Source of the DNA: Octopus vulgaris
Lineage: Eukaryota
Direction: 5' to 3'
Assembly (NCBI GenBank): GCA_951406725.2
Contig: OX597814.1
Location: 1,674,001-1,738,000 of the forward strand
DNA: 64,000 nucleotides
Part shown: in pieces, positions 12,131 through 29,194 of the stretch
Position numbering within the stretch: position 1 is the stretch's first letter
Layout of the letters: each line of letters starts with the position of its first letter
Position numbers and translations under genes: made by a program
Notes under the pieces: generated by a model
What the model was told of the DNA's origin: nothing
The model's database searches: none
The model's input: the letters and a program-made list of their open reading frames with translations, nothing else

Positions 12131-12441
12131 TTGCTGATCAGGTAAACGATTATACCCTTGGCTATGGTACTTGACTTCATGTTGCTTTAGTTTAGTGAGA
12201 GCATCAGCAGCAGCGTCGGCAGCGGAAGCAGTAGCAGCAGTAGCAGCCGTAACTGTGAGGGGACCAACCCTTGCGGCTACTGCTGTCCCTTTAGAAGTAT
12301 CCTTCAAAAGTAAGAGCAGCAAGCGGCTCCCCGATGTTATATTTCTGTTATATAAAGAAAGAATGGCTATCGTGGTAGGCGGAATCATTCAATTGGCTTC
12401 CTATGATGATGAAGATGATGATGATGATGAGGATTATAATA

Positions 12442-12476
<35 letters not shown>

Positions 12477-14169
12477 CAAGGTGAGTGAGCTGGAGCAACG
12501 TGAAGTCAAGAGCGTTGCTCAAGAACGCAACGCACCGCCGAAAATCAGATTCTCGACGTTATGCCCGTGAGCCGAAAATCCGAAACACTGAACCAGGCGC
12601 CTTCCCAACACCGTCAACGGAATTTTAAGGGAAATATTGCCGAATTTGGTTAGAAATGGCACAGAAAGCATTTTCTTATTTGTTGAGTTAATGAAGATGA
12701 AGAGGGTGTGTATATAATAAGTGATGTCACATTTAATCACTGCCGTTTCATGTGTACGTTTTAACCGCCAGTTTCTGTTGTGGTTTGTCTGGGAAGGTTT
12801 CAGCCTTCGTTTGAATGTCAATCCATCGGAATACATGAGTACAGCAGCAAACAAGACCCACGACAGCGCCGCCGCCACGGCCGCCATCGCCACCCCCATT
12901 AATCACAACAGTAACGGCAACAACATCGTCAACATTAATATAGACAAAAGTAATGATATGTCTACGTTTTGCAGATCAAGGTCGAAGTTTGTTAAACGTT
13001 GGACATAAAGACCGCTCCCTACAGGAACCACAAACCGCCCACCCCCGGTTCTCGTTCTATGATTAAAACAAAAATATAAAAACATACTAGAAACAAAACC
13101 ATAAAAAGATATATAACAAAGCAATGCCGACAATTTGTAGGTGGTCGCTCAGCCGCCTTTTTCGAACCCTATAAATCTTTCATTCTGTTTATATACACTC
13201 ATTTTTGACGTCAAATAAGTTTATAAAAATATGGCGACTTCCAAGTTCCGTTCAGTTTCAATCGGAACATGTCTGCAATCATTTCTTTTTTTAATTTTTT
13301 TATTTCCTTCTCATTGGTTGTTTTGTTTTCTCTTCTACACACCACCACCACCATTTCTGCAGACGCCGCCATCGCAATCGTAGAGTGAATGCCATCTATA
13401 TTTAACTTCTGAAACGAAAGTTGTTGTATAACAAGAGTTATATCATTTCAACAGCAGTTTCTTTGAAAGCCTACCATTTATTTCGTCTTTCAACACAGTT
13501 CATTTGTCTCCCGGGTCTGTGATGATTCTCCGTCGATGAACATTCCTTCTCAGAAACGGAAGAGGGTTACAAGAAGAGGAAAGAGAATACAAAGAAGGGT
13601 GCACGAAGACGGGTTCTTCAAGTAGGACCCTTGAAGCGTCATATGAGGTTTACAGAGTTTACTCTCAACTAATATCGCTGTCCTCTTTTAGACAAAACAA
13701 TTTCACATTTTTTAAACATTTTCACACGGATTGTTTCAACTGAATTCCGTTATTCTATCCAATGTATAAAGACGGTTGTTCCCGGGTTCGATTCACAGAG
13801 AGCGTCGCCGTTCGTTATCCGCTGGGCCTATTTACAGAGCAGAGTTTCTCATACACATCATTGATCTTGTATGTTTTTCATTTTACTTGTTTCAGTTATA
13901 AGACTGCGACCATGCTGGGGCACCGCCTCGAAGAATCGACTCCAGTACTTATTTTACTAAAGGCTTGTTACTTATTCTATCGGTCTCTTTTGCTGAACCG
14001 TTAGTTTACGAAAATGTAAACTAACATCGGTTGTGAAACAGTGGTGGGGGACAAACATAGACACAAACAATATACACACATACGCGCCAACCAGAGCCTT
14101 GTGAGTGGATTTGCTAGACGGAAACTGAAAGAAGCCCATCGTATACACTTACGCACACATACATACACA

Positions 14170-14205
<36 letters not shown>

Positions 14206-14424
14206 GACGGGCTTCTTTCAGTTACCCTCTACCAAATCCACTCACAAGGCTTTGGTCAGCTCGAGACTATAGTTGAAGAGACTTGCCCAAGGTGCCACGC
14301 AGTGGGACTGAACACGGAACCACATAGTTGGGAGGCAAGCTTCTTATCCCACTGCTACACATATTTTACAATTTACACACACACATACACACACACGCAC
14401 ACACACACACATATTTTCTTTTAT

Positions 14425-14848
14425 TCTTTTATTTGTTTCAGTCATTTGACTGCGGCCATGCTGGAGCACCGCCTTTAGTCGAGCAAATCGACCCTAGGAC
14501 TTATTCTTTGTAAGCCTTGTACCTATTCTGTTGGCCTCTCTTGCCGAACCGCTAGGTGACGGGGACGTAAACACACCTGCATCGATTGTCAAGCGGTGTT
14601 GGGGAAGGGACAGACACAGACACTCAAACATACACACATACACACAGACACACAGACACACACACACACATATACATATATGTACGACAGGCTTCTTTCA
14701 GTTTCCGTCTACCAAATTCCTTTACAAGGCTTTGGTCTGCCCGAGGCTATAGTAGAAGACACTTACCCAAGGTTCCACGCAGTGGGGCCGAACCCGGAAC
14801 TATGTGGTTGGTAAGCAAGCTACTTACTACACAGCCACTCCTGCACCT
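14425..14848 (-). mobile_element. SINE A, last of a cluster of fragments from 13875
   Basis: Full revcomp match to 379-799. Confidence 0.85.
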
Positions 14849-14934
14849 ATCTCTGCAGTGTTTAAAATCCTCATGGAAGCTATAAGCAGAAGATTGAGAA
14901 TCAGATGCGTAAAGCCCTCAACAATATGCGTGCA

Positions 14935-16940
<2,006 letters not shown>

Positions 16941-17429
16941 CACAAGCGCGCGCGTGCACTTATACACATAATGTTTTGCAAAAAATGCTCGATACAGTCA
17001 CAATATTTATGAATTTGTTTTTTTAAAGTTATCAGCTTTTGAAAAGGAAGTTTGTAAGAAACAACATATTACAAACGTTTGGGAAATATTTTTTCGTATT
17101 TTGTGTACTTTGTGTGTAAGTACTTTCGTTGTTCAAGTGTTCAAGCGAAAGTGTTCTGGTTTAACCCGTTCAGACGAGGCTGTTCCCATTAAAGTTGTTG
17201 AGTGTTTCCGGTTTAGTTTCGGATTTAGAATTTTTATAAATTATTCTTCGTTTGCTTTTTGCAGGTGATTATTCTTGTGCTCTAGTTTGAAAATCACAAG
17301 TAGAACTAAATAAGTTCCCCCAATAACAGAAATATCTCCCAAAGTTAATAAATAGTACCATAACCAAAGCAAAATAAATCTTGCTCTCTACCGTACGGAG
17401 AAACACTCACAAATATGAAAATTCCATTG

Positions 17430-18003
17430 TAGTCACCCACAATGACAACATTCTACATTCAGCCAAACGATACATTCTAATTCTACATCAGTTATCGAAT
17501 GTCTGACAAATAGTAAAATAATCACAAAGCTTCGACAGCTGAAGACAGCCACCAACTATCAAGAGACTCCAAATAGAGCCGAGATTCACATTTGGAAAGA
17601 AATAATGCAGGTAATGAACTGTTGAGATACTCGATGTGAGATGTGAAATAATCGAACAAGGAACAACCAAAAGATTGAAGAATAGAAAGAATCTGAAAGT
17701 GAGATAAAACATGAATTGCAAAGCAAAAAAAAACTTATCTACTGCATCACATGGCTACAAAGTAATGAGAATTACATTGGAGAAACAGGAACAAAACTAA
17801 TGAACCGTGTGAGAATGCACAAACAGCAAATTATTAATTCATCCCTTAGAAATATTCTATGTTGTGAACGTCTAGACATTTGTGCAAATGGGAAAGTTAA
17901 AAATATTCCCCTTTTGCAAAATAAGAAGCGAAAACGATCAACTACGAAAGGCAAAATAGAATACTTTATAAGAATTCGAAATTCGAAACAAAAGCGGAAA
18001 TAG
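17430..18003 (+). pseudogene. Penelope-like element GIY-YIG endonuclease remnant
   Basis: LIYCITWLQSNENYIGETGTKLMNRVRMHKQQI fits the PLE GIY-YIG (IY..YIGET..R..H) motif; upstream QPPTIKR and NMNC remnants; frameshifted. Confidence 0.85.
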
Positions 18004-18939
18004 TCAACACCTTTACTAAAAATAAGTTCCTCTGTGAGGATTAGTCCAGAACACGTGTCTCTGAAAATCCGAAGAGAAAAAAAGAGCAAAAACAAAAACA
18101 AAAAAAGCTTTTGCTCCCAAAATACGCTCTATACAAAAGCTTCTTCCTCTGAGGTTTGTCACGTTCTACTTTTTATTCTTAAATAACTTTTTTTTAAATA
18201 ATTGAATATTTAAAAAAAATTCTGTTTTAAATACACACACAGCACACACAGACGCGCGCTCGTGCGCACACACACACATACACACAAAGAAAAACACAAA
18301 CATACACACACACACGCACACACGTACGCGCACACACGCACACACGTACGCGCACACACGCACATAGACGCGCGTTCGCACACACACACACACGCACATA
18401 CACACACGTACACACACACACACGCAGACAAACACACACACTAACACACACACACACACGCACATACACACACACATACACACACGCACGCACACACACA
18501 CGGAGACAAACACACGCGCACACATGTACACACACACAGATAACCTAAATAAGAAGACAAAGAAAGATTTTAACACATCTTCAACGACCAGTTACCATTG
18601 TTTCTGTTCCAGATCTGATTTCAACCCCAGTTTACACAAAATTTCAAAGGTGTGCTTTTACAGTTACCCACCCCCACACTCACGCACTACATATGTACAT
18701 ACATACATATAACATACAGACAGACACACGCACATACATTCATACATACATAAATAGTATCACTCAAAAATCGAGAGAAATTATAAGGATGGGAAGCCAA
18801 GTGAATAATCAGAGGGAAGTAAATAAACGAAAAAATAATACAAAACGTTTCGTTTATGAATTTGCATTGCAAGATTCTTGATGTGAAACCGTGTGTTGAA
18901 ACAAATATTGTTGTATTTCAGGATTCTTCTATTCTGTCA

Positions 18940-19292
18940 CATGTTTCAGTCATTTGACTGCGGTCATGCTGGAGCACTGCTTTTAGTCGAACAAGTCGAT
19001 CCCATGACTTATTCTTTGTAAGCCTTGTACTTATCCTATCGGTCTCTTTTGCCGAACCGCTAGATTACGGGGACGTAAACACACCAGCATCGGTTGTCAA
19101 GTGATGGCGGGCTAACAAACACATATACGACGGGTTTCTTTCAGTTTCCGTCTACCAAATCCACTCACAAGGCGTCGGTCGGCCCGAGATTATAGTAGAA
19201 GACACTCGCTCAAGGTGCCACGCAGTGAGACTGAACCCAGAACCGTGTGGTTGTTAGGTAAGCTACTTACCACACAGTCACGCCTGCGCCTA
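18940..19292 (-). mobile_element. SINE A
   Basis: Family match with short internal repeat. Confidence 0.85.
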
Positions 19293-19618
19293 TGGTCATT
19301 ATTGGTTTTGCCAAATAACCACACGCATTATATACTGGTTCTTCACTCATTTATTACTGTTCTTATTCTAACTCATGTCCATTGTCCAGAAATCTTTCGT
19401 CACACACCTGTGACCTCTTCATAAATATCTTTGGAGCATCATCCAAGGTCTAGATTGTTGTTCTTGTTATATGACATGTTTAACTGGTAAGATGAAGTTT
19501 TATTTGAGGGCATAGGTGCAGTGTGTACTGGATCCGGAACCTACCAGTGTAGGGTCGAAACTTTTATTAGTTTACGATCCGGATGTATTTCTAGTGTCTC
19601 CAGTTCATTGTCTTTTCT

Positions 19619-20217
19619 TATTTCTTTATTGCCCATAGGGGGCTAAACCTAGAGGGGACAAACAAGGACAGACAAACGGATTAAGTCGATTACATCGACC
19701 CCAGTGCGTAACTGGTACTTAATTTATCGACCCCGAAAGGATGAAAGGCAAAGTCGACCTCGGCGGAATTTGAACTCAGAACATAACGGCAGACGAAATA
19801 CCTGTTTCTTTATTGCCCATAGGGTGCTAAACATAGAGGGGACAAACAAGGACAGACAAACGGATTAAGTCGATTACATCGACCCCAGTGCGTAACTGGT
19901 ACTTAATTTATCGACCCCGAAGGGATGAAAGGCAAAGTCGACCTCGGCGGAATTTGAACTCAGAACATAACGGCAGACGAAATACCTGTTTCTTTATTGC
20001 CCATAGGGTGCTAAACATAGAGGGGACAAACAAGGACAGACAAACGGATTAAGTCGATTACATCGACCTCAGTGTGTAACTGGTACTTAATTTATCGACC
20101 CCGAAGGGATGAAAGGCAAAGTCGACCTCGGCGGAATTTGAACTCAGGACGTAACGGCTGACGAAATACGGCTACGCATTCCGCCCGGCGTGTTAACGTT
20201 TCTGCCGGCTCGTCGCC
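19619..20217 (-). mobile_element. SINE B trimer (one head, three bodies)
   Basis: ~184-bp units; TSD TTCA(T/A)TG(T/C)CTTTTCT at 19604-19618 and 20218-20232. Confidence 0.9.
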
Positions 20218-20679
20218 TTCAATGCCTTTTCTGTTAATCAAGAATGTATTTCAGACAGACTTGGGAAGAAGAGACATCTGGGTAACGGGGGTGAGGGGTG
20301 TTAATGTAGTTCATATTTAGTGTTTGTTTGTGATTATGGTGGTTGTGTGTAGGTTCGGTTGGGATTATGTTCCGGGAGATTATTATTTTATGAAATTTTC
20401 TTCGGCCATAGGTTATTAGGATAATGTGTAAAAAAAATACGGGTGTAGAAAATATGGCCTGCAATAGGAAAGAACTTGGATAATCGAATGTATTGATTTA
20501 GAGACGGTTTAGTATTAGGAATATTAGCGTAGGTGAGATCGTCATAGTGGAGCTAAGAAGTGATGACGTCACAGGGTAAAATACCTAAAGGCCATTCTTG
20601 CTGCTGTCATCTCTTTCGTTGCTATGTGCCCCGTAATAATTCTCATTTGATCCGAATTTTCCTTCCCTGCAAAGTAAGA

Positions 20680-20798
20680 ATCAAGATATTTCAGAACGTA
20701 AATGATATAATCATTTATAACTGGGACAATTTTCAGTTATTTTTATCAAAAACTTCACATGAAATAAATAAAAGCGGTTTACTTTTTGACTCACCCTC

Positions 20799-20800
<2 letters not shown>
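20680..20800. mobile_element. Tc1/mariner terminal fragment
   Basis: Ends TTTACTTTTTGACTCACCCTCG-TA, a mariner-type TIR similar to the 7928 end. Confidence 0.55.
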
Positions 20801-20845
<45 letters not shown>

Positions 20846-21183
20846 ATGAGTACGTAAGTATGAAATCACTGTGATACAGGTCTATATTTTTTAAATGTCT
20901 TACTTTGAAAAATTGCATTCGGTGGGATTAGTAATATTTTTGGTAGAAATGACTAATTGTCCCTCTTAGCGTTTGGCATGTATGTATAATGCCTCCTGGC
21001 ATGTATGTATAGTGCCCTCTATATATAAATTAATATGTTCAATAACAAATAATTATTTTCGAAATTTTTTCTCTTATGAGGTTTTTACGCTATCTACCTG
21101 ACAATTTCTTGTTAAGTTTTCCTTATTAAGTAGTTGTCCTTAATTGATAAATATATATATATTTATATATATATATATATATG

Positions 21184-21490
21184 CTAGCAGTATCGCCCGG
21201 CGTTGCTCGGTTTTGTAAGGGAAATAACTATATAAGCATTTTTAGAGAGTTACTTCCCTTATATAACCCGACAAAAAATAATTAAAAATGCGGAAAAATG
21301 ATGGTAAATTTTTTTTAAAATCGTAGACTCATCGTAGACGCGCGCTAATACCCGGAAGGGCTCGATATGAATGACGACTATAAGATACTCGCTTTTGGTT
21401 AAACTGCACTGCAAAATGTGGGAGTAGTTAGGAATCTAAATCTGAGGAGACAGAGTCTCACACACACAACTTTAATTTTATATATAAAGA
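21184..21490 (-). mobile_element. Short non-autonomous Helitron-like element
   Basis: Revcomp starts A|TCTTTATATATAAAA and ends CCGAGCAACGCCGGG hairpin..CTAG; no TSD; lies in a TA repeat. Confidence 0.75.
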
Positions 21491-21671
21491 TATATATATA
21501 TATATACATTTATATAAGGGAATGTTTACGAAAATGAACAAAAGACGAAAGGAGGTGGAGTACAAACAAACAAATGTATTAGTATAGCGCTCAGGAATAG
21601 AAAAAGTGGAGTGCCTAGTTTCTTACACTTTAATTTCACTTTAATTTAATTTAATTATATATATATATATC

Positions 21672-21958
21672 GTGGTACTCCGTCGGTTACGACGACGAGG
21701 GTTCCAGTTGATCAACGGAATAGCCTGCTCGAGAAATTAGAGCAAGAAACTAAGCACTCCACAGACACATGTACCCTTAATGTATTTCTAGGGGAGACTC
21801 AGTTTGACACAGAATGTGACAATGCTGGCCCTTTGAAATACAAGTACAACAGAAACAGGAAGAAAGAGTGAAAGTTGCGGTGAAAGAGTAGAGAAGGGTT
21901 CGCCACCACCCTCTGCCGGTACCTTGTGGAGCTTAACATGTTTTCGTTCAATAAACAC
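21672..21958 (-). mobile_element. Headless SINE C
   Basis: Family body and tail. Confidence 0.8.
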
Positions 21959-21974
21959 ACATATATAAATACAC

Positions 21975-22013
<39 letters not shown>

Positions 22014-23344
22014 TACGTATATATTTATACACATATATATATATACATATATATACATATAGACACACATATATACATGTATACACATAGAAGTATACAT
22101 ATATATATATACATATATATATACAATATATATGTGCGTGTGTGTGTGTGTGTGTATGCATGATATATGTGCATGTATATATACATATATATATATATAA
22201 AACTGAGAATGTGTGTCTGTCTGTCTGTGTGTTTCCCTAAAACTTGAGAACTATACAACCAATTTCATTCAAATTTTACACATGCCTTACTTAGGGTCCA
22301 AGGAGTGTCATGGGCTCGCCCTGGGCGACATTGGGGCGACTGTACACAGCTACCGGCCAACAGTCGACGCTATGGCGACCAGAGCTCGCTCTGGGCGACT
22401 GTACACAGCTACCGGCCCTCAGTCGACGCTATGGCATTGATGTCAATAATACAAACGGGTTGGGTTGGGTTGGGTTGGGTTAGGAAGAAAGAAAGAAAGA
22501 AAGAATTTCCATTATTAACGGAGAACTGTAGCGCGAAGGGAGCATAAAAAAATAACCCTACCTCAGTTGTTGTTAGTTTTACCTGCAAGCATTGCAAAGA
22601 GATGTGTCTTCGTCAAAGCAATTGCTCCCCCAAAGCAAATTAAATAAAATTTGAGATACGTGGAACGTCAAAGCTGCTAACAAAAACAGGACAGTAAAAA
22701 TTTTCGGTAAGGTCTCTTTAACCCTAACGAGGTGAAGTGGTGAACGCTTGAGAAAGAAAGCTCTGTCAAGAGACAGACGAGAATACATGAACGAGAAGAA
22801 AAAGAATTACATTTAGAAATAGATCTACAATTATTGAGGACAGAATTTGAGTTAGAAATAGAGAACTATAAATATTGAATTATGCATAAAGTGGTGGCTT
22901 ACATTCGGGGCTTCCAATTTCGCTGTAAAATATAAGATAGTCGCAAAATCATCGCACATGTCACCATCGATTACAAACGCTGGTGGAAGATAAACGTTCC
23001 AGAGGACATTCTTGTTCTTTCGTTCGTACAAGGATCGTATTATGTTTCGGCTTAAAATAAATTATAGATACAAATATAATGTATAGAAATATATAAAAAC
23101 CAGAATAGAAAATAAATGTATATAAAATGAGATAACATGAGATATCAAGGTGTTATAAACTTGAAACCTACTAGAATATCATAGATTATATATATTAATT
23201 CGTCCAATTAGTTCTGTCCAATTTTACCTTTTTTTTAGATTTGAATGAAATTTAATAGTATTTGCAAATGTCTAATTCAAATAAAAATTATTTTTATGCA
23301 TTTGTGTACGTTTAAACTTATTCAATATTGTTTTACAAAATAAT

Positions 23345-24352
23345 AGAGGGTGTCCACAAAGTCTGCGTACATGGGGATTAGCACATACTTTTAAAACAAA
23401 ACAATTTTATTTAATTATAATGTTAATAAATAATATTTTCAAAGGGATTTCCATCATTTTCAATGCATAACTTGATGCGCCTTGCAAAATTCAGGTGAAC
23501 TTGATTAAATAAGTCTACATTGCCATCAATTTCAGTACACTGACTGGTAATGCGTTCTCTCATGTGTTTTAAATCTGTAATCTTTATTGTAATCTTTCTC
23601 TTTCAACATATCCCAGAAAAAGAAATCAAGGGGAGAAAGGTCTGGTGAACGAGGGGACCTTTCTATATGACTCCTTCTTCCAATCCAGTGAGGAAAAGTG
23701 TCATTAAGCCAATCTCTAACAGTTGTGGCAAAATGGGTAGGGCCCCCATCCTGCTGAAACCAATTCGGAAGGCCCTCGCCTAGGCGCTCAATTTGAGATA
23801 TTAATTTATCTCTCAATATGTTTACATAAGTCTTATCCGATACATGTTCAATGAAGAAGGGTCCTAGAACATGAGCTTTCCACAAACCACACCACACCAT
23901 CACCTTTTTGCTGCCTTGCTGTTTGGATAGATCCATCCAATGTGGATTACCTCGAGACCAGTATAGAAGATTCTGTCTGTTGACCTCACCATTTACATAA
24001 AACGTAGCTTTGTCACTGAACAACACAAAGTTTTTCGTAAAATTGATATTTTCATCCAATTTATCTGAAAACCATTCGCACGTCTACATTCGTCTATCAG
24101 GGTCGTCTTCATTTCAGTGATGCAATATCAGTAGGTTGTATCGACGAAACTTTTCCTCAACCAACATTTTGTGGATGGTCAGTTTTGGAACACCTTACAC
24201 CGTGGATGTCCGACGAAGTGATTTCTTTGGGCTAGCAGAAACTTTAGCCATGACAGCCTCTTTCGTTTCATCTGAAGTCTTTGGTCGCCCGGAACGGGGG
24301 TTATCCAAAACACTGCCTGTTTCTTTAAATTTCTTGATCAATTTCCCAACGG
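23345..24352 (-). pseudogene. Tc1/mariner DD40/41D-type (rosa-like) transposase remnant
   Basis: ORF 23532-24059: FSDKATF..VMVWCG..GPFF..FQQDGGPTH..SPRSPDLSPLDFFFW, 40 residues between second and third D; TIR-like TAGAGGGTGTCCACAAAGT at 23344. Confidence 0.85.
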
Positions 24353-24374
24353 CAGTAAAAAAAATAGGTTGCCT

Positions 24375-25175
24375 CAGTTTATAGGAAAGTGCTCGAAGGA
24401 AAGAACTTGCAGGAGATCGTTTGCAAAATTGAAGATGAATATCGAACAGGATGTCCAGTTGAGTTTGATGATAAGCTCATTGTGGCATTACTTGAAGAAA
24501 ATCCGTCATTATCAGTTGAAGAATTGGCAATAAAGCTTACTTCAAACCATACAACAGTTCTTCATCATCTTCAACAACGTGGAAAGATTCCTAAACTTGG
24601 AAAATAGGTGCCTTATGTATTGTCCGAAAGCAACCGCAAATCCCGGGTTGGCCTCTGCTCTTCTCTCCATTCTTGCAAACTCATTTCATCTTTTTCGATA
24701 GACTTGTGACGAAAAATGGATTTTCTATCGAAATGTTAAACGTCGTAAACAGTGGCTTGGTAAAAGGGAAAATGCTCAACCACAACAGAGAAGGGAACTT
24801 CATGGGAAAAAGGTTCTACTCTCTATCTGGTGCGATTGCAAAGGCGTAATTCACTTTATATTGTTACCACCTAATGCAACAATCAATGCTCAAGTCTACT
24901 GTCAGCAATTAGAGCGTTTGAACTAAGCTTTGAAGGAAAAAAGAGCCGCTTTAGTGAGTCGAAAACGAGTGATGTTTCATCAGGACAATGCGCAACCCCA
25001 TACTGCAAAGATCACATCACAGAAGATCGAAGGGGTCGGTTTGGAAAAATTTCTTCATCCAACTTATTCTCCCGACCTTACTCCTTCAGGATACCATTTG
25101 TTTCATAGTTTACAGAATTATTAGGGGGACACAACTTTCGCAAGCCAGGAGAAGGTCGAACCTGACATTTCAGTA
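24375..25175 (+). pseudogene. Mariner (DD34D-type) transposase remnant
   Basis: GKIPKLGK*VPY, DEKWIFY, KKVLLSIW, FHQDNAQPHTA, HPTYSPDLTPSGYHLF with stops and frameshifts. Confidence 0.9.
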
Positions 25176-25721
25176 AGTTAAAAAGATTCTCAACAATTCA
25201 ACTTCTCTGGTTGACATTAAGATGCCCACCCCCAATAGGGGCCTTAACTCTCACATTTTAGAGCTCCATGACCTTCATTTTTCAGGAGCAAAATCCTTTT
25301 AACAGGTTCAATAAGACTGGAATTTTGGAATCTGTGCATAAAAATCAGTAGTATGGGATACATGTGTTATGATTACAATTGTTTTAGGGTGAGTAAAGAG
25401 GGAAATAACCCTCATCTGCAATTTTGATGAAATTCGAAACATAGATATTCCAGTTCATTGCAGAATATATAACAGAAAAAAAGTATAATTCTTCAATTGC
25501 AAGTAACACGGGCAACGCCGGGTATCTCTGCTAGTATATATATATATGTATATGTACTATATATATATATGTATATGTATATGTATGTATATATAAATAT
25601 ATATATACGTATGTATGTATATATATATATGTATGTATTTATTTATATATATATATGTATATATATGTATATATAAATATATATATATGTATGTATGTAT
25701 GTATGTATATATATATGTATT

Positions 25722-25752
<31 letters not shown>

Positions 25753-25762
25753 ATATATATAA

Positions 25763-25798
<36 letters not shown>

Positions 25799-26089
25799 TT
25801 ATATATAGATAGATAGAGAGAGAGAGAAGGAGAGTGTGTGAAGGTGAGAGAGAGGGAGAGAGAGGGAGAGCAGTTGCATGACTGAGTCATTTGACTATTT
25901 CGTAGCCATCATGTAACTAATTTCAGTGTGTTTGCTGTGTGGATTCAAACTATTTAATCTCATTAATTATTAGCCACCCAATAACACGCCCCTCCACCCC
26001 AGCCCACCACCACCAGAACTGCACGACCAACGATATAGTTCAGTGGGTTTATTCTGTTTTTGCTCGTTAATTGAAACCATCCTCGATAA

Positions 26090-26944
<855 letters not shown>

Positions 26945-28589
26945 TACAAGTGTTGAGGAAAAACGTTAAATGTCAAATGTTTACTCAAATGTTGTAAAGT
27001 CTGCAGGACACGTTCGATCCCACAGCTCGTTATTGGAAACTATTTGGTCGAGCGGAGTATGTTCACTGTTCCAGTTCCTTGCTCAAACTGTTTCGGCTCA
27101 CAGATGTTGTGGCTGTTGTTGGTGTTGTTGCTTTGTTTTTCTCCTTGGATTCACCACTTAATGGCTGGGTGTGGTTTGGTGAGTGTTGGATGCTCTACTG
27201 GATGCGCTGAGGGGCGGGGTGGAATAGGGGTGTAAGAAGGGGTCGGGGCGGAAGACGTGCCCTAGTTTTGTTTCCAGTGATAGTCTTTCCTCGTCACACT
27301 CATCACCGACCGATGCGCACAGTCTGTTTGTGTATGTACGTGTGCGTATAACTGAGGGTGTGTGTGCGTGTGCGTGCGTGTGAGTGTGTATACATTATAT
27401 ATATGTGCATGTATATATATATATATGTATATATACATATATACATATACACATGCATACATCACATACAGATACGTAATTCTACATATGTTTCTACATG
27501 TATCTAATGCATGCGCATTCATAAACAATAAACATACACACGTATGTACACCCACCCCCACAATCATATATCTGTGTGAACCTGCAAAGACATGCATGTG
27601 TGTGCGTGCGTGTATGTGTATTTCTGTGTGAACGCGTGTAACTCTTTCATTTAGTCAAAATGGCGCCATACTTCATTTTAGGAAGGCGGAAAAAACATTG
27701 TTTTGTAATCTTGAAACTTTTACTGAGGTCATTGACCTTTAGAGAGAAGGGAATTGTTTCAAGTGGAGATTGAAACCTCATCTCTGTCTTCTCTAGTCGG
27801 AAGTTTGTCTCTATTCTGCACCGATATCGATAATTTATCAATACATACATAGATACATACATAACATAATTACAGAAACTCATACACACGTAGATACATA
27901 GAGATGTAGATCCATATACACACACATATATATTTATATATATATGTAAAATGCATACATAGTTACAAACACATATATAAAAAGCACACGCCCCCTCCCG
28001 GATACATATATCTGTGTGTATATATGTATGTTTATAATAAACAAAAATCTCTGTTTATATAACCGCTTTATTAATCGGTTGAATAATTGCTGTGATTTAT
28101 GTATGATCACTGGATCTGTCACAACCTGTCCACACCGACGCAATCATCCGCCAAATTTGACTCACAGTTTCACATACAACCGGTTGGCTTTTAACGCATA
28201 ATTAAAGGTAATATTCCAGCATGACCATAAGTATGATCGTTGATACGAACCACTGAACTGAAGAACAGTTCCGCCTAAAACGTTACATTTCACTTCTTTG
28301 AAAGACAAAGGAGTCATTACATCTTGTTGTTATCGTTATAATAACTTGTAATAGCTATTCGGTTGTCAGATAAACTTGCTCGTTTTTTTTCACTTTCTCT
28401 TTACAATTTATTTTGACTCTTTCATTTTCCACAACAATATTTGTATCGTAATGTTTAAGGTTTTTGTAACCGTATTCTTCCTTTATAAATTTTCTTCATC
28501 GCTTTTGAAATTTGAATAAATTTTACCGGCTTCCAGACAAATGTGGCTTGATCAACAAGTATCCGAACTGTTGCGATTGTAACGAATCT

Positions 28590-29100
28590 GAAGCACGCAG
28601 AGTAAAGCCACTTGACACAGTCTGACCTTGAACTCTGTTGTGCATGCGCACTAAGTTTTAACGTTCTAGCTCGCTTCCACTGTTTACAGAATGGCATGGA
28701 AGGAACGTGTGTAGCGTGTGATCGCCGCATTGATCATGACAGAAAATTGAGCAGAGAATCAGCATCAAATTTTTCTAAAAGCTCGGCGATACCTGCGCAG
28801 AGACCTACGCAAAATTTTCAAAAATCTTTCATCGTTCTGGACACAATCAAGGATATTTTGTGCAACTGAAACCCTAGTAACCTTTTGGTCAGCTGAAAAA
28901 AGTTTTGGCACAAACTTGACAGATATGCATCTCATACCCAAATCTTCAGTGATAATGGACTGAACTGAACCGTAACTAATCTGCACATCCTCCGATAACT
29001 CAAGGATGGTGATTCGAAGATTTCTCCTCACAGTTGCATGCATATCTGCGATGTTTTGCTCGGTTCCGCTGGTTACGTGTCTCCCAGAACCTTCTTCAAA
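28590..29100. pseudogene. Mariner 5' region with internal inversion
   Basis: Plus-strand EQRISIKF..KLGDTCAETY (28737-28825) abuts minus-strand RITILELSEDVQISYGSVQSIITEDLGMR..KFVPKL (28828-29100). Confidence 0.7.
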
Positions 29101-29194
29101 CCTCGTACGATTGATGCAATACCAGGTAAAAGTAAAAAAAGATAAGAAAAAGCAGACGAATTTATCACACTACTTAAAATTTTATACTTTCAAT

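Larger units (their letters stand above)
22190..25534 (+). mobile_element. Helitron-like element containing transposase fragments
   Basis: 5' TATATAAAACTGAGAATGTGTGTCTGTC resembles the 21490 end; 3' ACGGGCAACGCCGGG hairpin..CTAG|T at 25508-25535. Confidence 0.6.

Noticed and set aside
12119-12488. Ala-rich/Asp-rich ORFs as a host exon
   Set aside because: Driven by (GCA)n and (GAT)n, bounded by SINE remnants, no recognisable domain
19619-20217. CRISPR-like or ribozyme-containing tandem array
   Set aside because: No unique spacers; units are SINE bodies; GACGAAATA is present but no CUGANGA partner was found
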